Of a DNA stretch of 64,000 nucleotides, positions 19,088 through 29,527 are shown one piece after another. The notes under the pieces are model-generated. The model was not told the DNA's origin. It saw nothing but the letters and a program-made list of their open reading frames with translations, and made no database searches. A program made the position numbers and the translations under genes. The stretch covers positions 5,561 through 69,560 of the forward strand of contig JAFWNJ010000002.1 of assembly GCA_017510425.1 (NCBI GenBank), written 5' to 3'. Numbering within the stretch: position 1 is the first letter of the stretch; each line of letters starts with the position of its first letter. Source of the stretch: Candidatus Saccharimonadota bacterium. GTDB lineage: Bacteria; Patescibacteriota; Saccharimonadia; Saccharimonadales; Saccharimonadaceae.

Positions 19088-20893
19088 TTAAGCAGTATGA
19101 CTTTTCTTAATAAAGTAGCGACTAATAATAATTATTAGCATCACGAGAAAAATCGTATTATTCATCTGAAAGCCTACAGTAGCGCTTTGTTCTACAACAG
19201 TTAGCGAACCAGTATTTGGAACTTTTATGTCCTCTTCGGCTTTTGGAATAAGACTCTTTAATATCGGCATAATACTCTCAGGAATGTGACCTATAACGAG
19301 GTTCTCAGCATTATTAACGAGGGTGTAAGTGTAATAAAGAGAATAGTCTTCACCAAATGTATTTTGAGTATAAATGGCGTCAGCAGTCAAAATGGGCGAG
19401 AGAGCCTTAACCAATTTTGGCAGGTTTTCTTTAAGGACCTCAAACTCTGCTTCGCTAATGCTTGGAGCTTGGCCAAACTTAGTCTCATAATCACCATATT
19501 GCCCCATATAATCAGTAAGAATTCCGATTAACTCATCGATGTCCTCATCAATTGCAGTACCTTTTAGAACCTTAACTAAATCAAGGTAAGCTGGAAAACT
19601 GGCTAAATCACCAGCATAATTTGCTAATAAATCATAGAAAGCATTTCCTGCCACCATGCCAGCGAGGCCCTTGCTAGCATCACTAATAAATCCAGTAAAA
19701 TCGCCTTGTTTATCTAGTGTCCTCATTTGGTATAGTTTCATTATGGCCGACAATGGCTCTTTGACTTCAGTATCAAAGTATTCACGGGTTAGCCCATTAT
19801 CGGTCACAAACTGTATCCAGGCGTCCATAAATTCACGACCGTTCATAGTACCAACCTGTTCGGTAAGACCTTCATTGTCCGATAAAATATTGGCAGCAGT
19901 AGTAGGATCGGCAAGTTCGGCAATGTTAACAACCGACGTTGCGATTTCTAAATCAGCAGGATGTATCTCTTCATAAGTGCCAGTATTATAGAACCCCCAC
20001 AGCTCTGGGAAAACATACCCAAGAAGTAAATCATTGCCATCTTTTACGTCATGAATATTAGTATAACCTGGCTCGGTAATACTAGCTCGGGGTGCACCAA
20101 AAGTATAAGCATAAAAATCATCTGCTACCATATCATAATCCGAAAGATTTTCGTTAATCATTTTGACAGCGAGGTCAACTACCGCGCCACCACGAGAATA
20201 ACCGACCATCCATATTTTATAATTTGAAAGATGATTAGTATTGATATATTCGTCGAGCCTATCTTTAATATACCCAGCCGATTCGCTAAAACCAGCATGA
20301 TCGCCGCTGGTACCCACATTAAAATTCGAAAGCCATTCAGTCATATAATTATAATTTCTAGGAGCGACGACAATTAATGTTTGTCCATTTGGGAGGGCTT
20401 TTTGCGCAATCGTTGTTCCCATAGAATGTCCATCTTCATCGGAATTTGTATCCCATTTTTGATAATTACCAAAACCAAGTTGATCTAAGAAATGCTGGAG
20501 TTTTGGATTCGATATAGAACTATCAGATGGATAACCGTCGGCCTCATTCTCAAACCCAGCCAATGCTAGCGCATATGAAACAGCGCGAAGCTCTGGGTGA
20601 TCGCCTGGAGAGGGTACACTAAAATAACTATCGCTATAATTTATAGTATCGATTGAGTCCAAAGCGTCCCAAACAGTTTCCCATGGATGATCCGGGTTCT
20701 CTACGAAACCATAATATGGGTATGTAACCGTAATAGAGTCCGACAATCCAGAGACATCATCGTGATCATCCGGACCAATCGCAAATGAAACTGCCGGATT
20801 AAAACACGATAACATAAAGCCGAAAACCAGAAGTATTACTGCAAAATATCGTCGCCTATTATATCCTCTTTCTTTTATTCCTAGTTTATTCAT
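19088..20893 (-). CDS. secreted alpha/beta-hydrolase (lipase class 3-like) with VPNTG + TM tail
   Basis: Signal peptide, HAGF, GYSRGG nucleophile elbow, YTFGAP; C-terminal VPNTG, hydrophobic stretch, KK. Confidence 0.75.
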   Translation of the reverse strand: MNKLGIKERGYNRRRYFAVILLVFGFMLSCFNPAVSFAIGPDDHDDVSGLSDSITVTYPYYGFVENPDHPWETVWDALDSIDTINYSDSYFSVPSPGDHPELRAVSYALALAGFENEADGYPSDSSISNPKLQHFLDQLGFGNYQKWDTNSDEDGHSMGTTIAQKALPNGQTLIVVAPRNYNYMTEWLSNFNVGTSGDHAGFSESAGYIKDRLDEYINTNHLSNYKIWMVGYSRGGAVVDLAVKMINENLSDYDMVADDFYAYTFGAPRASITEPGYTNIHDVKDGNDLLLGYVFPELWGFYNTGTYEEIHPADLEIATSVVNIAELADPTTAANILSDNEGLTEQVGTMNGREFMDAWIQFVTDNGLTREYFDTEVKEPLSAIMKLYQMRTLDKQGDFTGFISDASKGLAGMVAGNAFYDLLANYAGDLASFPAYLDLVKVLKGTAIDEDIDELIGILTDYMGQYGDYETKFGQAPSISEAEFEVLKENLPKLVKALSPILTADAIYTQNTFGEDYSLYYTYTLVNNAENLVIGHIPESIMPILKSLIPKAEEDIKVPNTGSLTVVEQSATVGFQMNNTIFLVMLIIIISRYFIKKSHTA

Positions 20894-20913
20894 GCAATTA
20901 TTATCTACTACGA

Positions 20914-22155
20914 TTATTCCCGTTTCGTTTTCTTCATCAAAACGCCTGCCACTACGACAATCCCGGCAACCACAATGGTAGCCACAAAATTGTTGGTAAT
21001 CTCTGCGCTACCACCTTCGCCAGTAAACACACCGGTATTAGGAACCGGAACATTCTCTTCCTCATCATCGCTCTCTTCTACTATTTTGAAACTAGCTTTA
21101 GCGGTTCCCGATTCTGGCTCTGAGAACCATGCCTCAAAGGAGTGTTCGCCTATTGCAAGTGCATTCAGGGTATTAGCTGAAAGAATAATAGTCTGGTTGT
21201 CTGGATCTACTTCACAACCTGTACGCATATCTTGATACTCGTCATCAATTGAGAGAACACCTGTACCACAGAATTCTGTTACATCGTTGTCGATTTTAAA
21301 GGATAATGTTTCCTCGCTGCCTTTAATATGCTCACCACCGTCACCTTCTAGCACTTCGTAAACTCGGAGGAAGGTTGCATAGAAAGTCAAAGATTCTGTA
21401 CCGGGGGTTACTCTGAAAATGTTGTCTTGTATCTGATCGGTGACTTCTTGGTCGTTCAATTCTAGATATACTAGCTCATTGCCAGGTTCTGGTACAATTC
21501 CTACTTCTACATCAGTACCGCCAATTACTGTATCTGGCACATCAAGAGTTCCATTGCCGGTTATGTATTTGTATACTCTAATATCGTGTCCGGCTATTGC
21601 GTATGCGTCCATAGTGACATTTTGTATTTGTTTGCCGGTTTCGGTGTCGTCGTCGATAATGGCGAAATCAAGGGTGACTGGCATGTGTCGTCTCAATACG
21701 TCGACACCGTCTTTCACTTCGAAGGTAACATAGATGAGGGAGTCGCCGGCTTGAACATGGATGCCTTCGTCGCCGACGACATCATCGATGCATCCTGGGA
21801 TGTTCCAATCAAATTCACCGGTTGACATGGAATAGCAAAGGTGGCTGATGCCGGATGAATAGTCCATCCAGCTCATATAGTGATCTAATTCTTCATCTTC
21901 GTCACTAATGGGTGTGAAATATCCGTGCATGGAATGGATGGTCATTTCGCGTGTCGCTTTTAGTCTTACATCGACTAGGCGTTGGTCTGGTTCGGACGGA
22001 TTAATTTTGTCAAGCTCGAGCGTGCTACCTTCGGCGGTAAAATAGGTTTCGACGGCGGATGCCTTAGGAATGTGAATATTTGACAACGCTAGAATTGCCA
22101 CTGCAAAGTATGTTATTGTTCTTAAAAATTTGTCCTTTTGTCTAACTTGACTCAT
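20914..22155 (-). CDS. secreted acidic beta-rich surface protein with VPNTG + TM tail
   Basis: Signal peptide; C-terminal VPVPNTG, TM, KKTKRE. Confidence 0.7.
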   Translation of the reverse strand: MSQVRQKDKFLRTITYFAVAILALSNIHIPKASAVETYFTAEGSTLELDKINPSEPDQRLVDVRLKATREMTIHSMHGYFTPISDEDEELDHYMSWMDYSSGISHLCYSMSTGEFDWNIPGCIDDVVGDEGIHVQAGDSLIYVTFEVKDGVDVLRRHMPVTLDFAIIDDDTETGKQIQNVTMDAYAIAGHDIRVYKYITGNGTLDVPDTVIGGTDVEVGIVPEPGNELVYLELNDQEVTDQIQDNIFRVTPGTESLTFYATFLRVYEVLEGDGGEHIKGSEETLSFKIDNDVTEFCGTGVLSIDDEYQDMRTGCEVDPDNQTIILSANTLNALAIGEHSFEAWFSEPESGTAKASFKIVEESDDEEENVPVPNTGVFTGEGGSAEITNNFVATIVVAGIVVVAGVLMKKTKRE

Positions 22156-22390
22156 AAATCTCCTTAAATAAAATTTAACCTGCGTTATTAAAATTATAGC
22201 ACAAAATACTTATGTTTGGGATGTATGTAGTAGATCAAAATGGAAGGGTTTTAACAGCCAAATATATAAAGGTAGAACCGTATCCATGGCTCGTAAAATT
22301 GGAAAAATCGGCAAGAAAATTACCCTAGAAATCGAGAGGATATTTAAGTCAGAAATTAAACAAAGAGCCCTTGGCTCTTTCTTTAATTTC

Positions 22391-22467
22391 TGGTGGGTGA
22401 TGAGGGGCTCGAACCCCCGACCTTCTCGGTGTAAACGAGACGCTCTAGCCAACTGAGCTAATCACCC
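22391..22467 (-). tRNA. tRNA-Val(TAC)
   Basis: GGGTGATTAGCTCAGTTGG...TCTCG-TT-TAC-AC-CGAGA...GGTTCGAGCCC...CCA. Confidence 0.95.
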
Positions 22468-22503
22468 ACTTCTTGTAATTATATCATATAAACCGGACGA
22501 GCG

Positions 22504-24129
22504 CTACTTTTTGACAACCTTCTTAGTGACATCGAACTTCTCCATGTAAAGCCCGAGCATGAGGCGGGTCTGGGCATAGAAGGCGGCCAGGGACTGATAT
22601 AGGATAGATGTGATTGGCATTAGAATCCACTGCAGAAGCATGAGAATGCTTCTTCCCTTGCGGTATTTGGCTGGGCGCTTCGGTAGCATTTTGAAAGAAA
22701 CTAGCACTGACACGATTAAGCCGATGGAAGCAAAGGTCTCGACCACACTAACGATGTTCGGCAAGTTGTAGGCCACCATTGAATGGGCGGAGATATTCAT
22801 AATCATCGGCACCCAACCGCCAAAGGCTACAATCGGTGCTAGAATCGCCAGAGTAATATGGCCATCCAGTAGGCGCCAGAACTTCGGGAAGAGTCGCCAG
22901 AACGGCATGATACGATTCTCTTTCCTAACGAAAAGCCGCGAGCCTACGTAGGCAACATCACTCGCGCCATAATACCAGCGGCGCACCTGGACGAATTGGG
23001 CCTTGATGGTCCTCCACAAGGTCTCGTCTATTACCGCATCCTGGTAGATGGGGATACGAATCGGCAATACAGAATAATCACCGGAGAAAAAGAACAGACT
23101 GCGCCAATATTGATGACCGTCTTCAACGATGGTGCGTTTGCTCCAGAAATTCATGGCCTGGAGAGCCTGAAGAGGTTGTGAATGGGAGGCAAAATTCCTG
23201 AGGACATGTGGCCGCATGGTCGTAATGACATTGAAAAATGAATTTGAAACGGCGATTACGCGTGATGGGGCTGGGGCATCCCAAATATTGTTCATGAACA
23301 GCGAAACTGGCTGATAGCTCAGGTGCTGCCTATTCGGATGAGTAATAAACTCATATGCCACTGAGTCTAAATATTTCGGTGCCATGTGATTGTCGCTGTC
23401 GAGCGAAGTCACGATGATGTTTTCGATGTGCATCTGATGGGATTTAACATACTCCGCCACCGCCTTGCCAGCATAGGTCAAATTCGGACCCTTGCCAATG
23501 ATTTCACCTGGTAAGTTCTCGGGGTGCTTTACAGCCATGAAATGCCTAAATGTGCTCTTATATTTCTTGGCTAAGTACTCTGCGGTCTGCTCCATCGGCT
23601 CTCCGCCCCGCTCTTCGTAGGCTAGCACAAAAATAATGTGGTCGTTAGGAAAAGTAGAATTCACAACAGCCTCGATCGAAGGTTTGAGAACTTCCTTCCC
23701 TTCGTCGTAGGCGGTCATAATGACGACATGATAAATCTCGGACGGCTTAGGATAATCTTTATCCATTGTAATCATGAGCTTGAGGTTCTCAACATGTTCG
23801 TCGAAATGATAACTATGATTATCGTCATCATAAATACGTTCATAGGCTTCGTGAGGATGCTCCAAATCTTCTATGCGCTTCCGCCAATCTACACGACCGG
23901 CGCGCTTGATAACTTCGTAACCCTGGACGGTGCGGTAGGCCACGGCAATGGCTTTAACCAAGGTAGTAGCTATGAGAATAAATAGATAAATGGCGCCCAG
24001 GACTGGGTCAAGCCACGACAACAAAAATAGTAAAATAATCGCACCATACGAGATTAGCCCTGGTAAGATTTCTAAGAACCGATAAAGCGGCTTGCGCTTT
24101 CCGGTCGGTATTTCAAGATTCCTGCGCAT
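22504..24129 (-). CDS. membrane glycosyltransferase family 2
   Basis: TSLDSD, IVEDG, QVRRW processive GT2 motifs; flanking TMs. Confidence 0.85.
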   Translation of the reverse strand: MRRNLEIPTGKRKPLYRFLEILPGLISYGAIILLFLLSWLDPVLGAIYLFILIATTLVKAIAVAYRTVQGYEVIKRAGRVDWRKRIEDLEHPHEAYERIYDDDNHSYHFDEHVENLKLMITMDKDYPKPSEIYHVVIMTAYDEGKEVLKPSIEAVVNSTFPNDHIIFVLAYEERGGEPMEQTAEYLAKKYKSTFRHFMAVKHPENLPGEIIGKGPNLTYAGKAVAEYVKSHQMHIENIIVTSLDSDNHMAPKYLDSVAYEFITHPNRQHLSYQPVSLFMNNIWDAPAPSRVIAVSNSFFNVITTMRPHVLRNFASHSQPLQALQAMNFWSKRTIVEDGHQYWRSLFFFSGDYSVLPIRIPIYQDAVIDETLWRTIKAQFVQVRRWYYGASDVAYVGSRLFVRKENRIMPFWRLFPKFWRLLDGHITLAILAPIVAFGGWVPMIMNISAHSMVAYNLPNIVSVVETFASIGLIVSVLVSFKMLPKRPAKYRKGRSILMLLQWILMPITSILYQSLAAFYAQTRLMLGLYMEKFDVTKKVVKK

Positions 24130-24491
24130 TAGCTCTCCCCGAGCAGACGGATCAGAACTAGAAAGGAACCCAGAATCAGCATCGTCGTGGCAAGCAGAAA
24201 GAATTTCGTCATGCCACCACCACGCTTATGGAAGATTCGTACCGCGAGTAAATTGTGGAAGATTCCAAAAATAATGGCAAGGAGCGGAAAAGCAAACATG
24301 TCTGTCCAACTACCATCGCGATAGCCGCCAATATCGCCGTAGCCAACTTTAACTACTGAAGCGCTGGGGTTTAACCGGATAACCGCAAAAATAAACAGAG
24401 TCGTGGCGAGGAGCAGATTGATAATCATGAGGATGAGAATGCCCCTTTCGGTGTGATAAAGTTTGATAAAATCTTTTTTAAGCGTTTTCAT
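24129..24491 (-). CDS. three-TM membrane protein
   Basis: Hydrophobic segments; overlaps both neighbours. Confidence 0.65.
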   Translation of the reverse strand: MKTLKKDFIKLYHTERGILILMIINLLLATTLFIFAVIRLNPSASVVKVGYGDIGGYRDGSWTDMFAFPLLAIIFGIFHNLLAVRIFHKRGGGMTKFFLLATTMLILGSFLVLIRLLGES

Positions 24492-25086
24492 TGTGATTTC
24501 CGGTCAGAGTGTCTACTATTTGATTAACGTGCTGGATAAACATCACATCCCCGACGATACCAACTAGGCCAGTCAAAACCATCATCCAACCCACGAGCAA
24601 GGCTACTGCGCCCTCGTTAAAGATGACAAATACGCCGAGAACCAACATGATTAAGGCAATGATGAGAATGTATTTCCAGACGTTAACCTTGGCAGATGCA
24701 AGCTTGGTGGCGGTATTGATACGAACTAGCGATTCGTAGACGATGATGATACCGATGACAACGCGAAAAACATTGGCGATGTCGTCACCAATCACAAGTG
24801 CCGCGACGCCAATCAAAACTGAGACAACGCCAGCAAGTAGGCCGTTATTTAGAAAATCGTTCTGGCCCTTTTCCATGAAATAATTGACGATCTGAAAGCC
24901 GCCTTTTACAATGAAGAATGCCCCCACGATGTAGGCTAGGACTTGCACCATCGTCTCCTGGAGAACGATAAATAAAATACCAATAATAATAAGAGCCAAA
25001 GACTCAATCACTGCCGACCAGGCTGTTTTTTTGAGATCGCCGCTGACTTGTTCGAGCGGACGTTTGATGATTTCCACCTTAGACAT
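24478..25086 (-). CDS. HdeD/DUF308-like membrane protein
   Basis: Six TMs in repeated pattern. Confidence 0.7.
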   Translation of the reverse strand: MSKVEIIKRPLEQVSGDLKKTAWSAVIESLALIIIGILFIVLQETMVQVLAYIVGAFFIVKGGFQIVNYFMEKGQNDFLNNGLLAGVVSVLIGVAALVIGDDIANVFRVVIGIIIVYESLVRINTATKLASAKVNVWKYILIIALIMLVLGVFVIFNEGAVALLVGWMMVLTGLVGIVGDVMFIQHVNQIVDTLTGNHNENA

Positions 25087-25127
25087 AAAATCTCCTTTGT
25101 CCCATTATAACATACTTACAATAAAAA

Positions 25128-25203
25128 TGGAGCCGATGGCAGGGATCGAACCTGTGACCTGCTCGTTACGAATGAGCTGCTCTACCAACTGAGCTACATC
25201 GGC
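25128..25203 (-). tRNA. tRNA-Thr(CGT)
   Basis: GCCGATGTAGCTCAGTTGGTAGAGC...TT-CGT-AA...GGTTCGATCCC...CCA. Confidence 0.95.
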
Positions 25204-25210
25204 ACAAAAT

Positions 25211-25315
25211 TGGGCAGATGATGAACTTTTAGCGTGCCCTTCGGGCACGCTCCGGGCCGCTCTGGCCAAGTCTTCATGTCCCGTAGGACACATCTAAAAG
25301 ATCATCATCTGCCCA
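25211..25315. repeat. long hairpin repeat family C, copy 1
   Basis: Core cacgctccgggccgctctggccaagtcttcatgt inside tgggcagatgatga...tcatcatctgccca arms. Confidence 0.8.
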
Positions 25316-25323
25316 TCATTATA

Positions 25324-26793
25324 TCACATTTTGCGGGGTTTACGCTTTTTCTTTGTGGTGGACTCGCTGCGTGATGAGGGGTTGAGGGCATGGAGAAGTT
25401 TGGCCCGGGCATGCGAAGTGATAATACGGTCGAGCCAGGACTGCTTGGGGGTTTGGTTCTTACTGGTCAATATCTCCACAATGTCACCCTGTTCAAGTTT
25501 TTTGTTCAAGTTGCTCATCTTACCATTGATCTTAACACCGACGACATGGTCGCCGATTTCGGAGTGGAGCTTATAAGCAAAATCGAGCGGAAGTGCGCCT
25601 TTTGGCAGGTCGATAATGTCACCCTTAGGCGTATAGACAAATATTTTATCAGAGAAGAGATTGATTTTAAGCTTCTTTAGATCAACTTTTTTACCCTCAC
25701 GCAATTTAGCGGCGGTCATCTGAAGCTCAGTGATCCAGAGTAAGTTGGTCGGAAGGTGCTCAATCTTCCCTTTCTTGTAGTTCTCGGTCAGCTTCTGCTC
25801 GTTATAATAGAAGCTGGCGGCAAGCCCGCGCTCGGCGTATTCGTGCATTTCTTTGGTACGAATCTGGAATTCTACGACGTGTTTATCTTTCGTGATGACG
25901 GTGGTGTGTAGGGACTGGTAGCCATTCTGTTTCGGCATAGCAATGTAATCTTTAATCCGACCCTCCATCGGGGTGTAGAGCGAATGGATGACCCCGAGAG
26001 CGAGGTAACAATCTGTAATGTCGTCCACGATGACACGCAGTGCGGTCAGATCGTAGATTTCGTTGATGTTCTGATTGTGCTTGGCGAGTTTTTTGTGAAG
26101 GGAGTAAACTGACTTCACGCGCCCAGAGATCTGGAAGGTGATTTTCTCTTTCTTCAGGGCTGCGCTGACTTCGGATTCGATCTTCTGTAGGGATTTCTCG
26201 GCGGACTTGTTGTATTTATCGATTAAATCCTTTAGCTTCTCGTACCGCCTGGGGTCGACGTATCTGAAGGCAAGGTCGGCCATCTCGACCCGAAGCCTCC
26301 CCATGTTAAGACGATCGGCCAGTGGGGCAAAAACCTCGAGTGACTCCTTCGCGATTTTCTTCTGCTTGTCGGGCGGCAAGGCCGAAAGAGTGCGAAGATT
26401 GTGTAGACGGTCGGCAAGCTTGATGATAAGCACCCTGATGTCGTCACCGAGAGCAATCATGAGACGGAGGAAGTTGTCCTTAGTGGTGGGAAGATAGGTG
26501 TCAATATCACGCATGCCGTTACGGGCCGTGGAAAGTTTGGTAACACCGTCCACCAGGAAGGCAACTGATTCGCCAAACTCTCGCTTGATGTCTTCTAGAG
26601 TAAGGTCGGTGTCCTCTACGGTGTCGTGCAGAATACCAGCGATGATGGTGTCCTCATCCATGCCCCACTCTTCGAGAATCTTTTTGACCGCCAGGGGGTG
26701 CACGATGTAGGGTTCACCGGTCTTGCGGAACTGACCCTCGTGGGCTTTTTTGGCAATTTGAACAGCTTTTTCGATACGAGCGGAATCTTTCAT
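25324..26793 (-). CDS. rel: RelA/SpoT (p)ppGpp synthetase/hydrolase with TGS domain
   Basis: GEPYIVHP, LHDTVED, KLADRLHN, GRVKS, YQSLHT, EFQIRT, TGS; start at MKDSAR. Confidence 0.9.
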   Translation of the reverse strand: MKDSARIEKAVQIAKKAHEGQFRKTGEPYIVHPLAVKKILEEWGMDEDTIIAGILHDTVEDTDLTLEDIKREFGESVAFLVDGVTKLSTARNGMRDIDTYLPTTKDNFLRLMIALGDDIRVLIIKLADRLHNLRTLSALPPDKQKKIAKESLEVFAPLADRLNMGRLRVEMADLAFRYVDPRRYEKLKDLIDKYNKSAEKSLQKIESEVSAALKKEKITFQISGRVKSVYSLHKKLAKHNQNINEIYDLTALRVIVDDITDCYLALGVIHSLYTPMEGRIKDYIAMPKQNGYQSLHTTVITKDKHVVEFQIRTKEMHEYAERGLAASFYYNEQKLTENYKKGKIEHLPTNLLWITELQMTAAKLREGKKVDLKKLKINLFSDKIFVYTPKGDIIDLPKGALPLDFAYKLHSEIGDHVVGVKINGKMSNLNKKLEQGDIVEILTSKNQTPKQSWLDRIITSHARAKLLHALNPSSRSESTTKKKRKPRKM

Positions 26794-26820
26794 GTATATA
26801 TTATATACCAGGATAAAACA

Positions 26821-26954
26821 CAATGTCATTTACTTAAGCATGCCCAACAATAAAGTACTTTCAGGACACGCTCCGGGCCGCTCTGGCCAAGTCTTCATGT
26901 TCCTGAAAGTACTTTGTATGTTGGGCTTAAAGTATGCTTAAGTTAATGACATTG
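26821..26954. repeat. long hairpin repeat family C, copy 2
   Basis: 134-bp imperfect palindrome, near-identical to 53348-53481. Confidence 0.85.
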
Positions 26955-26964
26955 AATCGATTAA

Positions 26965-27804
26965 CTAAACTAGCTTTTTGATAAGTTCTTTCAATGCGGC
27001 ATCGCTTTTACATTTGAAGGTCAGCGAACGGCCGTGGATGTAGGCAGGGGCGTTATACTTGGCAGTAAGAGCGTTTTCCTCTTTGATATGCTCGCCACGC
27101 TTGATGGCGGAGGCGCTGGAACGCTTCTTGTGTTCGGCGAAGTAGCGCTCCACTTTGCGGGCAGTCCAGCCCTCTTCGATGATCTTGGGGAGGATTTTCT
27201 TAATAGTCGCCTCGTCGCGAGAGACGAGTGGGCGCATGACACCCTCGGTGAGCTTCTCCTTGACCATGGTTTTTTTGACTTCGTCGGGGAGGCTTAAGAG
27301 CCGCATGGTGTTCTGAATGGTGGATTCGGATTTGCCGACTTTGGCCGCAATATCCTCGTCACTCAGGTTAAACTGAGATTTGAGCTTGGCATAAGCGGTG
27401 GCAAGCTCGATAGCATTAAGATCCTCGCGCTGGGCGTTCTCAATGATAGATAGCTCGAGACGATTCTGCGAATCAAGGGTACGGATGATGGCGGGGATTT
27501 TGGTGAGACCAGCAATCTTACTGGCGCGCCACCTGCGCTCACCGGCAACGATTTTATATTTGCCATCTTCCCTAGTGACGACGATTGGCTGCAGGACACC
27601 GTGTTCTTTAATGGATGCGGCTAAGGCTTCCAGGGCTTCCTGATCGAAATCGCGCCGGGGCTGCTCCTCGTCACGAACGATTTCGTCGATCTTTAGCTCT
27701 TTTAGTTTACTTTCCTTCTTGTCCTCCGAAGCGGTGGGGTCGAATTCGTCATCAATTAATTCGGTAGGTATTAAACTTTCAAAACCGCGACCTAATCCTT
27801 TCAT
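26965..27804 (-). CDS. parB: ParB/Spo0J partition protein
   Basis: GLGRG, QPRRDF, GVLQPI, IVAGERRWRA, ENAQREDL. Confidence 0.93.
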   Translation of the reverse strand: MKGLGRGFESLIPTELIDDEFDPTASEDKKESKLKELKIDEIVRDEEQPRRDFDQEALEALAASIKEHGVLQPIVVTREDGKYKIVAGERRWRASKIAGLTKIPAIIRTLDSQNRLELSIIENAQREDLNAIELATAYAKLKSQFNLSDEDIAAKVGKSESTIQNTMRLLSLPDEVKKTMVKEKLTEGVMRPLVSRDEATIKKILPKIIEEGWTARKVERYFAEHKKRSSASAIKRGEHIKEENALTAKYNAPAYIHGRSLTFKCKSDAALKELIKKLV

Positions 27805-28577
27805 TTTGTTCTCTCCTCTATTTCTTTTGCTAAATCTTTATAGGCTCTGGCGCCTTTACTAAACTTGTCGTAAGCGCCGACCGGGACACCGTGGGACGGG
27901 GCCTCGGCGACACGCACATTGCGTGGGATGGTAGTTTTAAAGGTAAGAGTCTTAAAGTACTTCTTGATTTCGTTGTAAACCTGAGAAGAAAGCGAAGTGC
28001 GCTTATCGTACATCGTAGCGAGCACGCCGAGCAATTTAAGGTCTGGGTTAGCCTGCTTCATGATGAGCTTCATGGATTCGAGGAGCTGGGCTACGCCTTC
28101 CAGGGCGTAAAACTCGGTCTGAACCGGGAGCAGAAGATAGTTCGAGGCGATCATGCCGTTGACTGTGAGCAAAGAGAGAGACGGTGGTGAATCGATAATG
28201 ATGTAGTCATAACCCGAGGCGACGGTACGGATAGCATCGCGAAGACGGGTAAATTTGCGGGGCTGATTAGTAATCTCGACCTCAGCGTTGGCAAGCTCTG
28301 GCGTGGCAGGAGCTAAATCATAGAACTTATACTTGGTGGGACGGATGGCTTGAGCTAGGCTAGCAGCACCTAGGGTCACATCGGTCATGGTGAGGCCCAG
28401 CTTGGTGGGGTCGGTCTTATCTACTCCCAGCCCGGAGGTGGCGTTGCCCTGAGGATCGAAGTCGACTAATAAAGTTTTATATTTATCCTTGGCGAGATAA
28501 TAACACAGATTAACGGCGGTAGTGGTCTTCCCTACGCCGCCTTTTTGATTCGTGATACAGATTACCTTCGCACTCAT
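27801..28577 (-). CDS. parA: ParA/Soj ATPase
   Basis: NQKGGVGKTTTAVNL, DPQGNAT, IDSPPSL, EAPSHG. Confidence 0.95.
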   Translation of the reverse strand: MSAKVICITNQKGGVGKTTTAVNLCYYLAKDKYKTLLVDFDPQGNATSGLGVDKTDPTKLGLTMTDVTLGAASLAQAIRPTKYKFYDLAPATPELANAEVEITNQPRKFTRLRDAIRTVASGYDYIIIDSPPSLSLLTVNGMIASNYLLLPVQTEFYALEGVAQLLESMKLIMKQANPDLKLLGVLATMYDKRTSLSSQVYNEIKKYFKTLTFKTTIPRNVRVAEAPSHGVPVGAYDKFSKGARAYKDLAKEIEERTK

Positions 28578-28696
28578 AGTACTTAAGATTATAGCACACT
28601 TGGAGTTTTCTTGGAAGAAAAGTGTAGTAAAAGAACCTATTTTGAGCCAAAAAGTCAGGACCCGTGCCTGACTTTTGGTTTGTTGTTAAATATGGT

Positions 28697-29005
28697 TTAG
28701 CCGATTTTGACGATTTCAATCTCGGTGTATTTCTGGCGATGGCCAGTCTCGGTGTGGACACGCTTCTTCGCTTTGTAGCGAATGTTGCGGACCTTGTCAC
28801 CCTTTACCTCGGGCGTTTTGACTTTCGCTGAAACTTTTACGCCCTTTACTACTGGTGTACCGACGGTGGTTTTATCGCCGTCAATGACAAGTAAAGCGTC
28901 AAGTTCGAGCTCTTTGGTGCCTGCCGGGAGGAGGTCCACCCGTAGGGTCTCTTTCTCGGTGGCGATGTATTGTTTGCCACCAACTAAAATGACTGCTTTT
29001 TTCAT
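28697..29005 (-). CDS. rplU: 50S ribosomal protein L21
   Basis: GGKQY...GHRQKYT. Confidence 0.93.
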   Translation of the reverse strand: MKKAVILVGGKQYIATEKETLRVDLLPAGTKELELDALLVIDGDKTTVGTPVVKGVKVSAKVKTPEVKGDKVRNIRYKAKKRVHTETGHRQKYTEIEIVKIG

Positions 29006-29262
29006 ATTATTCCTTTATTTGATAGGTTTATTTTACCATATTATCTTGATTTTGGGAAGAGGGTTCAATCAAAAAACCGAACATGGTGTTCGGTTATTTG
29101 ATTATAAGATTAGGCTAGTAAACAGAGTGCAAGTATAAGTAATTCGTAAAAGGTTTGGAAGTTTGTAAACTGATATTGTTTTACATCGGTAATCCTTTCG
29201 TTTAAAATTGATATTAAGGTACCCACTTTGTGTTGTTCCTTTCTATGAATTAGAGAGACAAT

Positions 29263-29376
29263 TTAGCTAAATAAGGCTTCGTGGCCTATTTTTAAGGCGA
29301 TGGCGCGCTTTGCTTCCGCCGATATTTCTTTTGGAGATTTATACTCCATTTCATCGTGATATGTCTCGTAACTCAT
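29263..29376 (-). CDS. putative 37-aa small protein MSYETYHDEMEYKSPKEISAEAKRAIALKIGHEALFS
   Basis: AAAGGA SD before ATG; below the ORF-track cutoff. Confidence 0.35.
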   Translation of the reverse strand: MSYETYHDEMEYKSPKEISAEAKRAIALKIGHEALFS

Positions 29377-29527
29377 TTTTGTTTTCCTTTTTATGTTTGT
29401 TATTTGTTAGATTTTTGTTTTATGTTCTAACATGATTTAAGTGTAGCACACTTTGGCGATTTTGTCAATAGTGTTTATGCTAAAAAATATCCTTTCTGTC
29501 AAATTAACAGGGGTCAGCGTTAAGAGT